From NCBI GenBank assembly GCA_000182565.2, contig KQ257453.1: 64,000 nt of DNA. One strand, written 5' to 3'. This DNA comes from Spizellomyces punctatus DAOM BR117 (taxonomy: Eukaryota). Below, piece by piece: positions 1-12,930 of this stretch. Each line of letters begins with the position of its first letter. Within the stretch, counting starts at the first letter, position 1. Position numbers and translations under genes: made by a program. Under the pieces are notes generated by a model. That model ran no database searches, had not been told where the DNA came from, and was given only the letters and a program-made list of their open reading frames with translations.

Positions 1-448
1 TACCCTCTCAACATCCAAGGCCATCCTCGACCGGTACCCCCCGCTCAAGGTTTGTGTGCCGTAGTGGTCCTTGTTTTGTTAAGTCACTTGGACTGATCAA
101 TTCCCCGTGAAATTCTGCCAGGCCTTTGTGTACACTCTTGGTGGTGCCGCCGCTGTACCTCTCGCTGTCTTCACAGGTTACGGTGCTGCCACTGGCGCTG
201 TCGTCCTCGGTGTCGCCGGAACCGCTGTAACCTTTGTACAAGGCGGTTTCCTCGCATTTGGAGGATTCATTCTCTTCTGGTTCTTGGCAGGAGCTTTCGT
301 TCTCGCCTCGATCTTGACTTTCTGGTAAGGGTCGGCAATAAGTTACATGACATTCTACGAGAGCTTATCGTGCTCCCTTTCCTTTTATAGGTTCACATTG
401 GCCTACTTCGCCTTCCAAGTCGCCAAACGCCTTGAGGGCACTGCTTAA
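1..448 (+). CDS. Promethin/LDAF1-like lipid-droplet membrane protein (5' end outside window)
   Basis: Spliced frame: exons 1-49 (..ILDRYPPLK), 122-324 (long Gly/Ala-rich hydrophobic hairpin AFVYTLGGAAAVPLAVF...ILTFW), 391-448 (FTLAYFAFQVAKRLEGTA*). GT-AG introns keep the frame. Family call from the hydrophobic pattern only. Confidence 0.55.
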
Positions 449-1288
449 GCAGCTTTAAACCTGCGGTTCGATTTTGGTTTTCCCTCATTTTTGCGTTTAG
501 TTTTAGCTTAGAAACGGGCCTCATAATTTGATACCTGGATTACAGTGTTTGGATTGCTTTAATGTGTATGGGGGGCATGGGTTGCAATATTATATTACTC
601 TGTTGAACCGCCGTCCTTGCAGCAAGTCTTTTGCCTTGAGATGTCCTATGATCCGCATATGCGGTTCACCTACTGATATTATTTGATGCCTTGGCAGAGT
701 GAACACAATTGTTTTACAAGGTCACTGAAAGTTGTCTTGCTCGACGACAGCACGTTCTGCATCAAAAATTATCGAATCAGCGTGTTGGGACACAGCTCGC
801 AATGTACGTGTTCGATACAGGGGTTTGATTGGTGGTACCTTATAACAAGTGTTATCCCACGTATCAGAGTTGGAAGTTAAATCCAGGTGGGCGTAAACGC
901 CATTGGAGACATAAAAAACGGTGGAGTGCAACTTAGAACTGGCTGGTCCGTAACTGAGACTGGGATAATGCGGGGGTTGAATCTATGATATGCTTTTGTG
1001 GCGGTGGTCTAAGTCGCTGACTAGCCGCGCAAGAATACTCTATAAAATAATGGGCGAACAGACACCAGCTCCTCGGTGCCGACCCAGGTCTAAACTATTA
1101 ACATCTACCCTTAGCTCTCGTATACGAACGCATAGCAGCAGCTTGAATTGGGTAAGAGCCAACTTTTGCGGGCTAGTAATAATGGGCACCCTGTACACAA
1201 CTGGGAAGATCCGGCGAGAAGTGCGCAAACGGAACACAATGCTGCCTGCTGGCATAAAGGACTCATCCTCTGCATACGCGGCTATATA

Positions 1289-2616
1289 TCAGCTTTGAGT
1301 CACCTCCCCTATAGCGGCCAATGCTTCCGCTTTGCACAGATCGCGGTAAACTTTGAAATGGTGATTCAGGGACGGGTGAACGTGAATCTTGTAAGCACTA
1401 CCCAGGCCTCCGTGGCACTGACGAATTGCGTAAAACACGCGGGCAATACGAGAATGCACTAATGCCATAGAACACCTAACATAAACAATCAGAAGTCGAA
1501 CGTCCCTGCTGCAATGGGACGACGTCACTCACATGGCGCAGGGTTCGTTTATAAGATATAGGTCAAGACCGCTACAAAGATAGCCTGATTTATCTGCTCC
1601 AGCTGCAGGATTTACAACGGTCAGCAAACGACTCTCGGCTTCGCCGTCCATTAGCTTTCTCCTCTTTCCTGTTCCAACAAATTGTTTGGTGCAATTTGCA
1701 AGTTCACCATTACAATCTTCGTGGATCCCACTATCTGCGATTGTCGATTCGCTCTCGCGCTTTTTGCGCTCTCTTTCGGCGACAAGGGCGATACAATTCA
1801 TGACGGCATGGTGGAGTGGGTGATCGTTACGGGTATCGGTCGACGATGCAATTTTAGAGTTGGTGATCGGGGCAACTATAATGGCTACATTCACGATTTT
1901 GCCTTGTGCTCGCAATACTTTGGATTCTTCCAACGCATGTCGCATCCAAGTTTGTGCGCTTGCTACTTCCTCTTGCGTCAACGAAACGTTTTCCTTGCCA
2001 GAATGTGGGTGGAAGTTCATGGGCCAAAGTTGCTTCCATTCGTCAAACTGCTCACGAGTGACAGCAGCATAACGGGACACCTGAGAAGTGCTTATAGGTC
2101 CATAAGGAATCTCGTTATCAGACAAAAACTGTTCTAGTTCAGGCTGAGTGGACGAGTTTGTTGGTGCAAGGAGAACCGATAAAATTGTACCTAGCATGGG
2201 TCAGTCAGTAGCTTGCCTCCAAACCAAGCGCTTTATAGCACATATACCATTATCAGACTGTTCTTTCTTTACCCGTTTGAGATGCGCAAGGTCCTCTAAT
2301 GGATACTGCTGACACACAGCTCTGGGATTCAAGGTTGAAAATGTGAGCTTTCATAGAGAAAGTCAAGAACAATATACACAAAATATGTACCTCTACGTTG
2401 GGTAAAGCACCTACTTTATTAGTTTACTCGCATGTTTGGGATCGACAGCTGTCCTGTAGACCTCAACTAAGGGTACCGTCAATACGTGAGGTGGGAGATC
2501 AACGAAATCTTTTCGTTCATCGTAGTACCTGTCTGCAGTCCCCGAGTATGCTCATCACCATGAACCTGCTCTATTTCAGACCCAGCAGACTCGCCTAGAG
2601 AGCCCTTATCACCCAT
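1289..2616 (-). CDS. TAD3: tRNA-specific adenosine-34 deaminase, non-catalytic subunit (Tad3/ADAT3)
   Basis: WP..FHP motif, HPLHHAVMNCI (Val in place of the catalytic Glu, diagnostic of Tad3), YLCSGLDLY..EPCAM|CSMALVHSRI split by an intron, C-terminal LNHHFKVY. Upstream exons read MGDKG...EQVHGDEHTRGLQT, VEVYRTAVDPK, YPLEDLAHLKRVKK. Confidence 0.92.
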
Positions 2617-2805
2617 GTGCAGGACAAAGAAGGAAACAAAGACCTGTACAGGTACAGTACAAGCTCTCCATTGATGATGAGAACATGATTGGATTGTCAT
2701 TCCAACCAATTCAGCGCAGTGCTCATCAGTTTTGTCACAATCCTAGAGTCCTCGCTGGACTTTTTTCACCAAGATAAACAGCTCGGGTGCCATTGGTCTG
2801 GTGTC

Positions 2806-3547
2806 ATGCCCATTCCACAGCCAACACAGGCTTCACCGTCGGAATCACGCGAACTTTATGGTGGGGCCATTGTAACCGATATTCCAATTAGTTTTCTGGA
2901 CGCGAGGTGGGCGTTGAATTCAATGTGGAGGAAACCTCTCAAAGACATTGTGGAGTGAAACTACTCTCTGTTCAGCGATTTTCGCGAAGTGCCGAGCAAT
3001 CAGGAAGTCTTTGTGGATCAAAACACCGATCAAAGCATTATCATTGAGCTGCTAGAGCTGGCGAGTGACGCAGACGATGCCGAAGCTGCAAACTTCCATT
3101 TCCAACAGTTAGCAGAGGATAATGATGCGGCGGAGAGCCGGGTCCTCTCTGTCGAGTACTTGGATCCTGCCACAGTAACTCCGTCTCTTCCGTAAGTGGA
3201 CGTTCCCCATGAGTTTATGTCCCTGGTGCTTGCTCAATGTCATCTACAGTTCGACCGTTCATCTCTCGGTTATTGTTGGCGAGCAAGTCGTTAGCAAATT
3301 CCGCGAGGGTAATCCAAACGCACGTAATTTAGTAGCTATTTACATGGCTGTCTTGCGAATACCGCATGTTACCACAGATCTGGTCATCTCGTACAATCAT
3401 CCGGTGGCATTAGGTCAAAGTAGCAGCTCGGCCACAGCTTTGAGAGAGAGTGGAGGGCATGTGGGAGTCCCAGAGGTAGCCATGGAGAATTTTAGGAATA
3501 TGTTACGTAGACTGAGGATTGTGGACTGGGGACTGTTTGGAGCATAA
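2806..3547 (+). CDS. MOG1: Ran guanine nucleotide release factor Mog1
   Basis: RELYGGAI...FLDAS|DFREVPSNQEVFVD..TDQSIIIELLE, later V.KF, LRIP...TDLVISYN, and terminal LRIVDWGLFG. Three exons. Divergent from TAD3 across about 190 bp. Confidence 0.92.
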
Positions 3548-4009
3548 AGCAAGATGTTTGGATCGGTGTATTTAGTTGTCACGCTGTTACTTTGCCGGGA
3601 ATATCGAGGTCTTCATGAATATCATTTTTGGGTCATTTGGAGTATCTACTTAATAATCTGACTTGGATAAGACTGGCCATTCTCGTGCACGTTAATCATA
3701 GAATCATACCTGAAGGTTGAAGAATAGCGACAATAATCATGAGCAACAATTATCAACTGCTGGTTCGCTTCGTTTACACTTCAATCTCGGGAAGAGCAAG
3801 CGATAAAAGTAACCTGTGTAGAGTTATTCAGTCGTGGTCCAAACTTCAAACTATGCCGTGCTGGGGCCTGTTCCTACTCAGTTTGTACAGAATTTGTTCA
3901 TCCCCGCTCAAGAAGCCAGCCAGGGAAGATCACGTAATGACCACCACGGTGGACACGCGTCGGGATCTCAATCAACGAGCTCCCGGTTTTTTTGAACCTT
4001 GAGAAAACC

Positions 4010-7000
4010 ATGCGGACCTTCCAGACTTGGCAAGACAAGGTGTGCATCAACATAGCTCTACGTTAACCCTAGAAAAATTGGTAAATGACTGTCCTCACTC
4101 CAAGCCCAGGTTCAAGATAAGGATGGCATCAATCAACCGATCTATGATGTTACGTGGTTGAGCGACGGCAACCAGTTGGTGGCAGCCGCTGGGGCTGAAA
4201 TTCTGATCTATGATGCCGGAGAAGGGGAGCTAATACGCTCCCTCAAAGCGCACAGGGATACAGTCCTGTGCGTTACCGCGCTCCGGACGGGTTTTGCTTC
4301 AGGGGGAGCTGACAAGCAAGTCATCATATGGAATGCGAAATTTGAGGGTGTATTGAAGTACTCCCACAATGATACCATCCAAACCATCGGTCATAACCCA
4401 ATGACCGGGCATGTCGTTTCCTGCACGGCGTCTGACTTTGGCATTTGGTCACCAGAGCAAAAATCTGTGGTAAAGCACAAAGTAAGCACATCAAATAATG
4501 AGATCTATCCCTGCACTCAGAGAAAGTACTGATTTAAGGAATCATAGGTAACGTCAAGGATTTGCGCAGTGTCGTGGACAGCGGACGGACAATATTTTGC
4601 CTTGGGATTGTTCAACGGTCATGTTTCCATTCGCAACAAATCCGGCGACGAGAAGGTGCGCATCGAGCGTGGAGACTCCCCAGTGTGGTCGCTTGCATGG
4701 AGCCCCTCTTCCGACGGAGAATATGATGTTTTGGCCGTGGCAGATTGGAGTCAACGACTATCATTCTTTCAGCTGAACGGGAGACAGATCGGGAAAGATC
4801 GTCAGCTTGGGTTTGACCCATGCTCTGTCTCGTTCTTTGGCACTGGAGAATATATTGCGATAGGTGGATCTGATCGAAAGGTGACGCTCTGGACAGGAGA
4901 AGGAATACGACTTGGGCAGATTTGCGAAAGGGAGAACTGGGTATGGTGTTGCAAAGTGAAACCACGTCAAAACTATATCGCAGTTGGCTGCCAAGATGGA
5001 ACGGTTGCCGTGTATCAAATTGTCTTCAATACGGTACATGGCCTGTACCATGACCGGTATGCCTACCGAGAAAATATGACCGATGTTGTTATTCAACACT
5101 TGTCTACAAATCAACGTGCGCGAATCAAATGCCGAGACTACGTAAAGAAGATTGCCGTACATAAAGACAAGCTGGCAGTCCAATTACCAGAAAAGGTCAT
5201 CATATACGAGTTATTCAACGATGACTCTTCCGACATGCATTACCGGATAAAAGAAAAGATTCAAAAAAAGCTAGAGTGTAATCTCCTAGTCGTCACTCAT
5301 CAGCACATAATATTATGCCTTGAAAAGAAACTCCAGTCATTCAACTTTGTCGGAGAGAAAGAGAGGGAATGGAACCTAGAAGCGCTGATACGGTATATCA
5401 AAGTGATAGGGGGACCCAAAGGACGCGAGGGGCTACTAGTTGGGCTAAAGAACGGCCAAGTTCTACAGATTTTTATCAACAATCCCTTCCCCATTCCACT
5501 GATTAAGCTCCAGGCATCCGTGCGATGCTTAGACCTAAGCTTGCGCCGCAGGAAACTTGCCATTGTGGACGAGCATAATACGTGCTTGACGTACGATATC
5601 AAAACGAGGCAATTGCTGTATCAGGAACCGAATGCCAATAGCGTGGCATGGAATACCGAGTTAGAAGATATCCTCTGTTACTCAGGCAACGGAATGCTCA
5701 ACATCAAAGCCAGCAATTTTCCGGCACACCATCAGAGAATGCAAGGGTTTGTTGTGGGATTCAAGGGTTCCCAAGTGTTCTGTCTGCATATATATGCAAT
5801 GACCAGCGTGGATGTTCCTCAATCTGCCTCGTTGGAACGGTATCTTGAAAAGAAAGATTTTGATTCCGCATATCAAGTGGCATGTTTGGGCGTGACCGAA
5901 ACCGACTGGAGAAGATTGGCCATAGACGCTTTGGAAGCGCTGCGTCTGGATATTGCAGAAAAATCATTTGCGCGAATCCGCGACATGCACTACATTGACT
6001 TGGTTAGAAATATCTCTCGCATGCAAGCCGAAGGAAAGAATGACCAAGATTCATTCCTGGCCGACATTCATGCGTACGCTGGACGGTATCAGGAGGTAAG
6101 CTTCAGACCTGTACGGCAAAGTAGTAAGTATTTCATCTAACATCCTGTTGGAACTCCCAGGCTGCCAAACTGCACATAAAAGCTGGCAATCAGCAAAAGG
6201 CTATAGATATGTTCACAGAGCTCAACATGTGGGAGTATGCAACAAAAATCGCGCAGGAGACCCATACAAACACGGATAACATCCTTAAACGGAAGGCCCA
6301 AATGCAGCAGGATCGCAATGATCTTCTTGCTGCAGCCAATACTTACCTTGAGGTTGGAGACTATATGAAAGCCATTGACATCTTGGGGCCAAACGGCTGG
6401 CTGGACAATCTTATCGAGGTTGCAAGGAAAGTGAGCAATTCGGACACCAAAGCGCTCAGCCGCTGTGTGTACTTTTTCCGGAAGCACAATCACCATGCAT
6501 ACGCCGCCGAAACGCTGGTGAAAATGGGCGATATTGCCCACTTGCTGAATCTGCATATTGAACTGCAGCATTGGGAAGATGCTTTCAAACTTGCGGAGAC
6601 GCATCCCGAGTTCACTGAACAGATATATCTTCCATACGCGAACTGGTTGGCGACCAATGGGCACTACGTTGAAGCTCAGGAAAACTACAGAAAAGCCGGG
6701 CGCATTGACGAAGCACTGCGTGTGTTAGAGCAGCTCACTGAAAACGCTGTTACTGAGCGTCGCTATGACGATGCTGCATATTACTATTGGACAATGAGCT
6801 CCGAGCAGCTAGATAAACTTCCTGTAGATATCACCGCTGATCAACTAACGCCCGAGCAGCAACGAGTGCTGAAGCGGTTCCAAGAGACATACCAACTTGC
6901 CGAAATCTACCATGCGTATTTCTATGTCTCAAGGTATATCGATGAACCCTTCACCGCCCACGTACCAGAAGCCTTGTTCAATATGGCTCGCTTTGTTTGG

Positions 7001-7822
7001 AACTACCTTAACCATCAGCAGCCACCACCTGGAATTTCCAAGGTTTATACATTGTTTGCATTGGCCAAACTAGCTCGAGCACTTGGGGCCTACAAGCTAG
7101 CTCGATATGCTTACGATAAACTACAAACGATGAATGTTCCGCCGATATGGCAGGAAACTGTGGATGTTGGAACTCTTACGATTCGAAGTCAACCAGGTCT
7201 TGACAAAGAAACACTTCAGCCGATTTGCTATCAATGCTCTGCGATCAATCCTTTACTGAATCCTAAGGGCGACAGCTGTACGAACTGCTTGGAACCCTTC
7301 GTGCACTCCTTTTACTCATTTATCAGCCTACCCCTGGTCCAATTCACTGTTGAATCTGGTATCAGTGACGACGAAGCATCTCGACTCATAAATATGGATC
7401 CCCCAAGCTTGGATGGAAAGAGGGACGGAAGTTCGATCAAGCACGATCGTCCACGAGCATCGAGTGCAACAAAGGATGGGCAGTCAAGTGCAGGGAAAGG
7501 AGGAATGGTGGGAGCAAGCGGATCGGTAAAAGACGATCCGTTTAGACGGCAATTGGCCGGTCTTGAGCGAGGAGGAGGAACAGGATACACACCAGTCAAA
7601 GTAGGCCGAAAAGCTTTAATGACAATGGAGCGTCACGCCGTATTCATTCGACGATGGGGAAAGAAATGTTTGCGACCAGAATACTATCGAATGATGCTAA
7701 CGGATGTACCTGTGGTGTTGTGCAAAACTTGTCAACATTTCTTTCTGGAGGATGAGTGGGTCTATCAGATTCTTTCGAAGGGATGCTGTTCCTTCTGTAG
7801 AGCAAAAGTTGATCTTGAATAA
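4010..7822 (+). CDS. IFT122: Intraflagellar transport protein 122 (IFT-A, WD40 + TPR-like + Cys-rich C-terminus)
   Basis: Exons 4010-4039, 4110-4481, 4548-6095, 6161-7822 join in frame. Signature segments [62 protein letters not shown], and terminal CxxC...CSFCR. Confidence 0.96.
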
Positions 7823-8083
7823 TGTGTATATATGTGCCACTCTGAATTTTGAACTACACTTTATAATTGAGCTCGAGGCCTTTAGTTGGATTTACGAGGT
7901 CATGGACTGGGAATAACTTCAGCGTGCATCACAATTGACAGTAGCATGACACTAAGGACTTTTACAAAGTATCAAAGTACATACTTCTTACTGTTCATGA
8001 TCAACACAAATACAGAAAAGCCCGGGCGTTATTGAGGTTGAAGTCTGAACATAGCAGCTATCGGACGTCGCTTACATAATGTG

Positions 8084-8642
8084 GAGGTGATTGAAAATGG
8101 CACTAGGACCCATTATTATCCGGATTAATCCGGTTAATCATATCGCATAATCAGAACCCTCATCGCGACTTGGTCAATCATGAGAACGCCGATGTGGTGG
8201 TGCCGAGGACCTCGACCGCCCGACAGCAACCGTGATCAGAACCAGCGGCAACCAATCAGATCTGATAACAAAACCTACTATTATGCTGCCACATTAGTTG
8301 AGCTTGGTTGGTATGTATCGATGGCATTTCTTGCATTTCTTGTCATCGGGTCATCTTCTGACATGCAGTTTTTGTAGTCTCCAAGCCTTGTCACTGAACA
8401 TCCTCTGGCTTGTGACGCTGCCCAGTCGATTCGCTCCTGGATGCAAGAGTCTGGCTTCAATGCCATCAAGAGTTCCAGATCAAGGCCTAGTAGGGCCCGT
8501 GTGTGGTGGTGGGCAATTATCCGGTTAGAACCAACCGTTACGTATTGCGTGTATAATTGCCTGGTAGTAGCTTAGCGTTTCCGAACCGGTTGTCGCCGGT
8601 TTATTCCCTGGTGTAGTAGCTAGTGCCAGTTTCTGTCACCTG
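8084..8642. mobile_element. Putative non-autonomous TIR element (MITE), possibly Tc1/mariner-pogo type
   Basis: Left AGGTGATTGAAAATGGCACTAG (8085-8106) versus the reverse complement of 8620-8641, AGGTGACAGAAACTGGCACTAG: 19/22 identical. The right end reads ...CACCTG|TA (TA target site); the left equivalent is degenerate. Internal TTATCCGG(A/T)T subrepeats; no transposase ORF. Confidence 0.55.
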
Positions 8643-8721
8643 TACACTAAATTATTAATAGAAAACACAGCCACCAGCCCCACTATCTCGCGCCAGCCGA
8701 TGTGTTTGACCTCGACCACCG

Positions 8722-11700
8722 ATGGGGAAGCGAAGAAATCACAGTGATGAATCCGGTGGCGACGACTCGGAATGGGGTGATGAAAATTACGGCTCGCCTC
8801 CTAAGCGTCGGAAGGATAGTGATTCAGAAGAGGACCTTCGCACGAAGAAAGTTACCGCTGGAGTCAAGAAAGCTGTGACCACTAAACAGGATGGCGTTCG
8901 CAAACCATTAGCGTTGAGAGGAAACTCTCAAGACAGTCCGAGCCATGGATTGAAACCTTTCACACCAAACCGGACTGTTTTGACACGTCCCTTCAAGGTA
9001 TACCTTTCTGTGAACGGCATGGACGAGTTGATTTCGCAACTAACAACCATCTTCTGACCCGAAGGTGCCTGCATTTGTCGGTGGACGTCCACCGGGCGGT
9101 GGTGGTATAAGGCTTGGCACCACTCTAGGCACTCGGGCTCGTATATCCGTTTACAAAGGACCGCTGCACGATCCCGAAGCCGAAAATGCTATTGTCTTGC
9201 ACCATCCAAAGGTGTTGTCCGCCACGGAGCAGCTGGAGCAGTTAAAGTCGACTGCTGGGGGATTGAAGCAAGCGAAGGCCGAGGTACATGTAGTGGTTGA
9301 TCCCATGCTTGGGAACATCCTTCGACCACATCAGATCGAGGGTGTTCGCTTCTTGTACAATTGTGTGACTGGTCAGACTGCTCCCGACGCTTACGGTTGC
9401 ATCATGGCGGATGAAATGGTAATCGACCTCTATATGCGCAACTTGCTGCTAGAATATTATAGCGTGGTTAACACCATTCTTGTGTTAGGGACTCGGCAAA
9501 ACCTTGCAATGTAGGTTCGGTTGGTTGACGATGCACATATCCACTCTTATAACTAAAAGGATTACAGGTATAACGTTGTTGTGGACATTATTGAAGCAGT
9601 CCCCTGAGCCAGGAAAACCAACAATTGAGAAGGTTTGCAAAATTTGAACCCCGCTAGGCTGTGATGAGGATACTCATTCAAACTGGTTTTACGGAAGGCG
9701 GTTATTGCATGTCCGTCAAGTTTGGTCAAGAACTGGGCGAATGAGTTGAAAAAATGGCTGGGTCCGGACAGAATACGACCCTACGCATGCGATAATAAAG
9801 GGACGAAAGAGCAGACGGAGAAGGACATGCGAAAATTTGTTTCTGACAAGGGCCGCGCCATCGTGCAGCCAGTTCTCATTGTATCATATGAGACGTTGCG
9901 AACCTATAGTACGATATTGTGCCAAACAGAAATCGGGCTACTACTTTGCGATGAAGGTACGATTGCTAGGCAGAGCATGGTTTCGAATTCTTCTTGATCG
10001 CTGCATTGTACATATCTGTAGGCCATCGCTTGAAGAATGCAGAGTCGCAAACATATATAAATCTAAACGCTCTGAATGCAAAGCGCAGGGTTATCCTCTC
10101 CGGTACTCCCATTCAGGTTAGTGTACAGTGATACTGCCGACAGTAGTTCAGTTTTTATTAATCCGGATAATTGTTTTCCAATGCTGCAGAACGATTTAAC
10201 AGGTGAGATCCGTGATTCAGATGACGCCCACGTATAACATCTTGAATAAATATGCACAAATTCCAGAATACTTTGCTCTGCTCAGCTTTGCCATCCCAGA
10301 TGTGCTTGGTTCGGGATCAGATTTCCGGAAGAACTTTGAGCTACCTATTCTTCGAGGGCGGGACGCAGACGCGTCGGAAAAGGACCGTCAAATCAGTGAA
10401 GAAAAGCTTCAAGAACTTTTGGCAATCGCAAATAAGTTTATTATACGCCGTACTGCCGAGCTTTTGACCAAATATCGTACGTATGCCAATGATTGTCTGC
10501 TGATAGCGTACATGAGCTCATGATTTCCGCCTTATAGTTCCTGTGAAATACGAGCATGTGGTTTTCTGTAAATTTACCGACATGCAGCTGAACCTATACA
10601 AGCATTTTACACAATCCAAGGAAGTTAAAAAACTTCTTTCGGGATCGGGCTCCCAACCTCTCAAAGCCATCACGTTCCTCAAAAAATTGTGCAATCATCC
10701 CGCCTTACTGGACCGCAAGGACTTTGGGGCGGGCGCCAGCACACTATTTCCCCAAGATTTCGATCCAACCGGATGCCAAAGTCAATTCTCGGGGAAGATG
10801 CTGTTGTTGGAGGGGATGCTAGCGAGGATGAGGTTTGTGGGCAGGACGCATGCAAAGGCGTGATCAACAAGTGTGACTTATCATCCGTGATAGAAAAACC
10901 ACTACGGATAAGATCGTCCTGATTAGCAACTATACGCAAACCTTGGACCTGTTTGAAAAGATGTGCCGTGTGCGAAAGTGGGGTCATCTTCGCTTGGATG
11001 GTTCCATGACTATTCAAAAACGGCAGAAGCTTGTCGATCGCTTTAATGATCCAGCTGGACCAGAATTTGTATTTCTTCTTTCCAGTAAAGCTGGTGGTTG
11101 CGGAATCAACCTGGTAAGCATCCAGTTGTAAGTCAGTTCCAATCCTTGTACACTAACGTTGTCGCTGCAAGATTGGAGCAAATCGTCTCGTCTTGTTTGA
11201 TCCAGATTGGAATCCGGCAAACGATGCACAAGCGCTAGCGCGAGTTTGGCGCGGTATGTGGGAACGACGTACTTCAGTGACACAGGCGCAGTGTTTAATC
11301 TTTTTCTGAGCAGATGGACAAAAGAAGACTTGCTTTATTTACCGATTTATTGCAACGGGATCAATTGAAGAAAAAATCTTCCAAAGTGTGTACCGCCAAG
11401 GCTGCTAGCTTCTCCCTTGTTTTAAAACTTACTCAATATTCTCCTAGGGCAAGCGCATAAGCAATCCCTCAGCAGCTGTGTCGTCGACGCAGAAGAAGAC
11501 GTCGAACGGCATTTCTCCCTAGAAAATCTCCGTCAACTCTTCCAACTCAACGAAGAGACTCTCTCCGATACCCATGATACCTTCCGCTGCAAGCGCTGCA
11601 TACGAGGGATGCAAGTGAAAAAGCCACCAGAAAACGAAGTAAACACAGGTGCCCAAGCCGCTGATACGAGTACCTGGAACCATTTCAGCAAACAAGAACT

Positions 11701-11803
11701 TCACAAGGTACATGATTCGATATTAAAGGAAGAAGGGGTGGCATCCGTGACATATGTGTTCCAAAATAAGTCCCATGAGCAGCAAGTGGTCAAACTAAAA
11801 TAA
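8722..11803 (+). CDS. RAD54: DNA repair/recombination SNF2-family translocase Rad54
   Basis: [110 protein letters not shown]. Many short introns. Confidence 0.96.
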
Positions 11804-11989
11804 GCACATAAGCACATAGATCCTTGTCAAAGGAATTTTTGCTCTCAATTAGAAAATAATGGCATACTATCGCATATATCTGTGGTTTCCCATATTGCAA
11901 TTGCTGAGTCCAGTGTAACCACCATATAGTCACCATCCAAACGCACCTCAAACTTACGCTACCTGATGATCCTCCATTATTATGATTAT

Positions 11990-12930
11990 TATGCGACAAC
12001 GTCTTGTTCCACTTTCGAGGATTGCTCTAAATGGATCGAGTTCCTTGTGAAGTACTACCTCGAAGCTCATAATTCATCGTCACCGTTGACCGATACCGAT
12101 CCCAACGGCCAAGATCATATCCTTATAAACACGATTACAGTGTACCCGATAAAGAGCTGTTACGGGTATTCACCGCCATCGTGGCCCGGTGGTCCCAATG
12201 GGTTTCTTTTGGACCGCGAATGGATGTTGGTGGATGCCACGGACAAACCATTGACGTTAAAACGCCACCCGAAAATGTTCCATATCCGAATTTTGGATGT
12301 GAACCTTGCCAAAGAGTGTTCTGTGCGTCCAAGCCGGAACATAACCCCCCGCTTCTAATACATTTAGGCACCAGCAAACTCACAACCACACCATCCGGCG
12401 AAGCCCGCGTCTGCAACCGCCCGACAAAAACACCACACCGTACATTAACCAAGGCACCTGAAGAAATCCACGACTATTTCTCAAACCTTTCTTAATACGG
12501 AATGCCGCCTCATCCGTTCGCTCCCAAGCAAGCATCCCCAACCAAAATCGTTTTGCCAACCAGTACGCATTTTCTGATATCCTCCACCCCATCCTTCACC
12601 GACCTCCTCTCCCGCATCCCATCTCCTCCAATCGGGCAACGTTTCAGCTGAATTGTCTCCGAGCAAAACATAACAATAACATCGTTGTCCGCCGTATGTG
12701 GAAGACACATTCGTGTCCAAATCGCTCCTGGTTAACAGTGCGGTTTGTCTCTACGTCTCGGATCTTTGCACCCGGTGCCAGGGTGGTCAATGCAGGGAGC
12801 CATACAGTGCCATGGCAAGGTATAGAAACGTAAGTGGATGTCTGTTTCGGGGTACTGGCCGGGTTGGTCAGTGGTAGCGGTGCGATGGGTAAACGTTGGC
12901 GATAGTATTAGTGTTTTATACGAACAGGTA
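11990..12930 (+). pseudogene. Molybdenum cofactor sulfurase (MOCOS/HxB-type) C-terminal MOSC region, frameshifted remnant
   Basis: STFEDCSKWIEFLVKYYLE, then ITVYPIKSC..GFLLDREWMLVD..LTLKRHPKM (MOSC N-terminal barrel). Across several frame changes: ARVC, IHDYFS.FLNTECRLIR, FANQ, PYVEDTF, CTRCQ, EPYSAMARYR, VNVGDSI. No N-terminal NifS-like domain was found upstream. Confidence 0.8.

Noticed and set aside
630-1290. Short ORFs on both strands between the promethin-like gene and TAD3
   Set aside because: No recognisable motif or convincing start; one possible minus-strand intron is not enough to call a gene.
2675-2730. Imperfect hairpin with CTGATGAG (minus strand) in the TAD3/MOG1 divergent promoter, resembling a hammerhead core or C/D box
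   Set aside because: The hammerhead GAAA is missing (TGAAT) and there is no convincing stem II or properly placed D box.
8101-8625. CACTA...TAGTG ends suggesting a CACTA transposon
   Set aside because: No 3-bp target duplication; the words lie inside a longer inverted repeat better explained as the MITE TIR.
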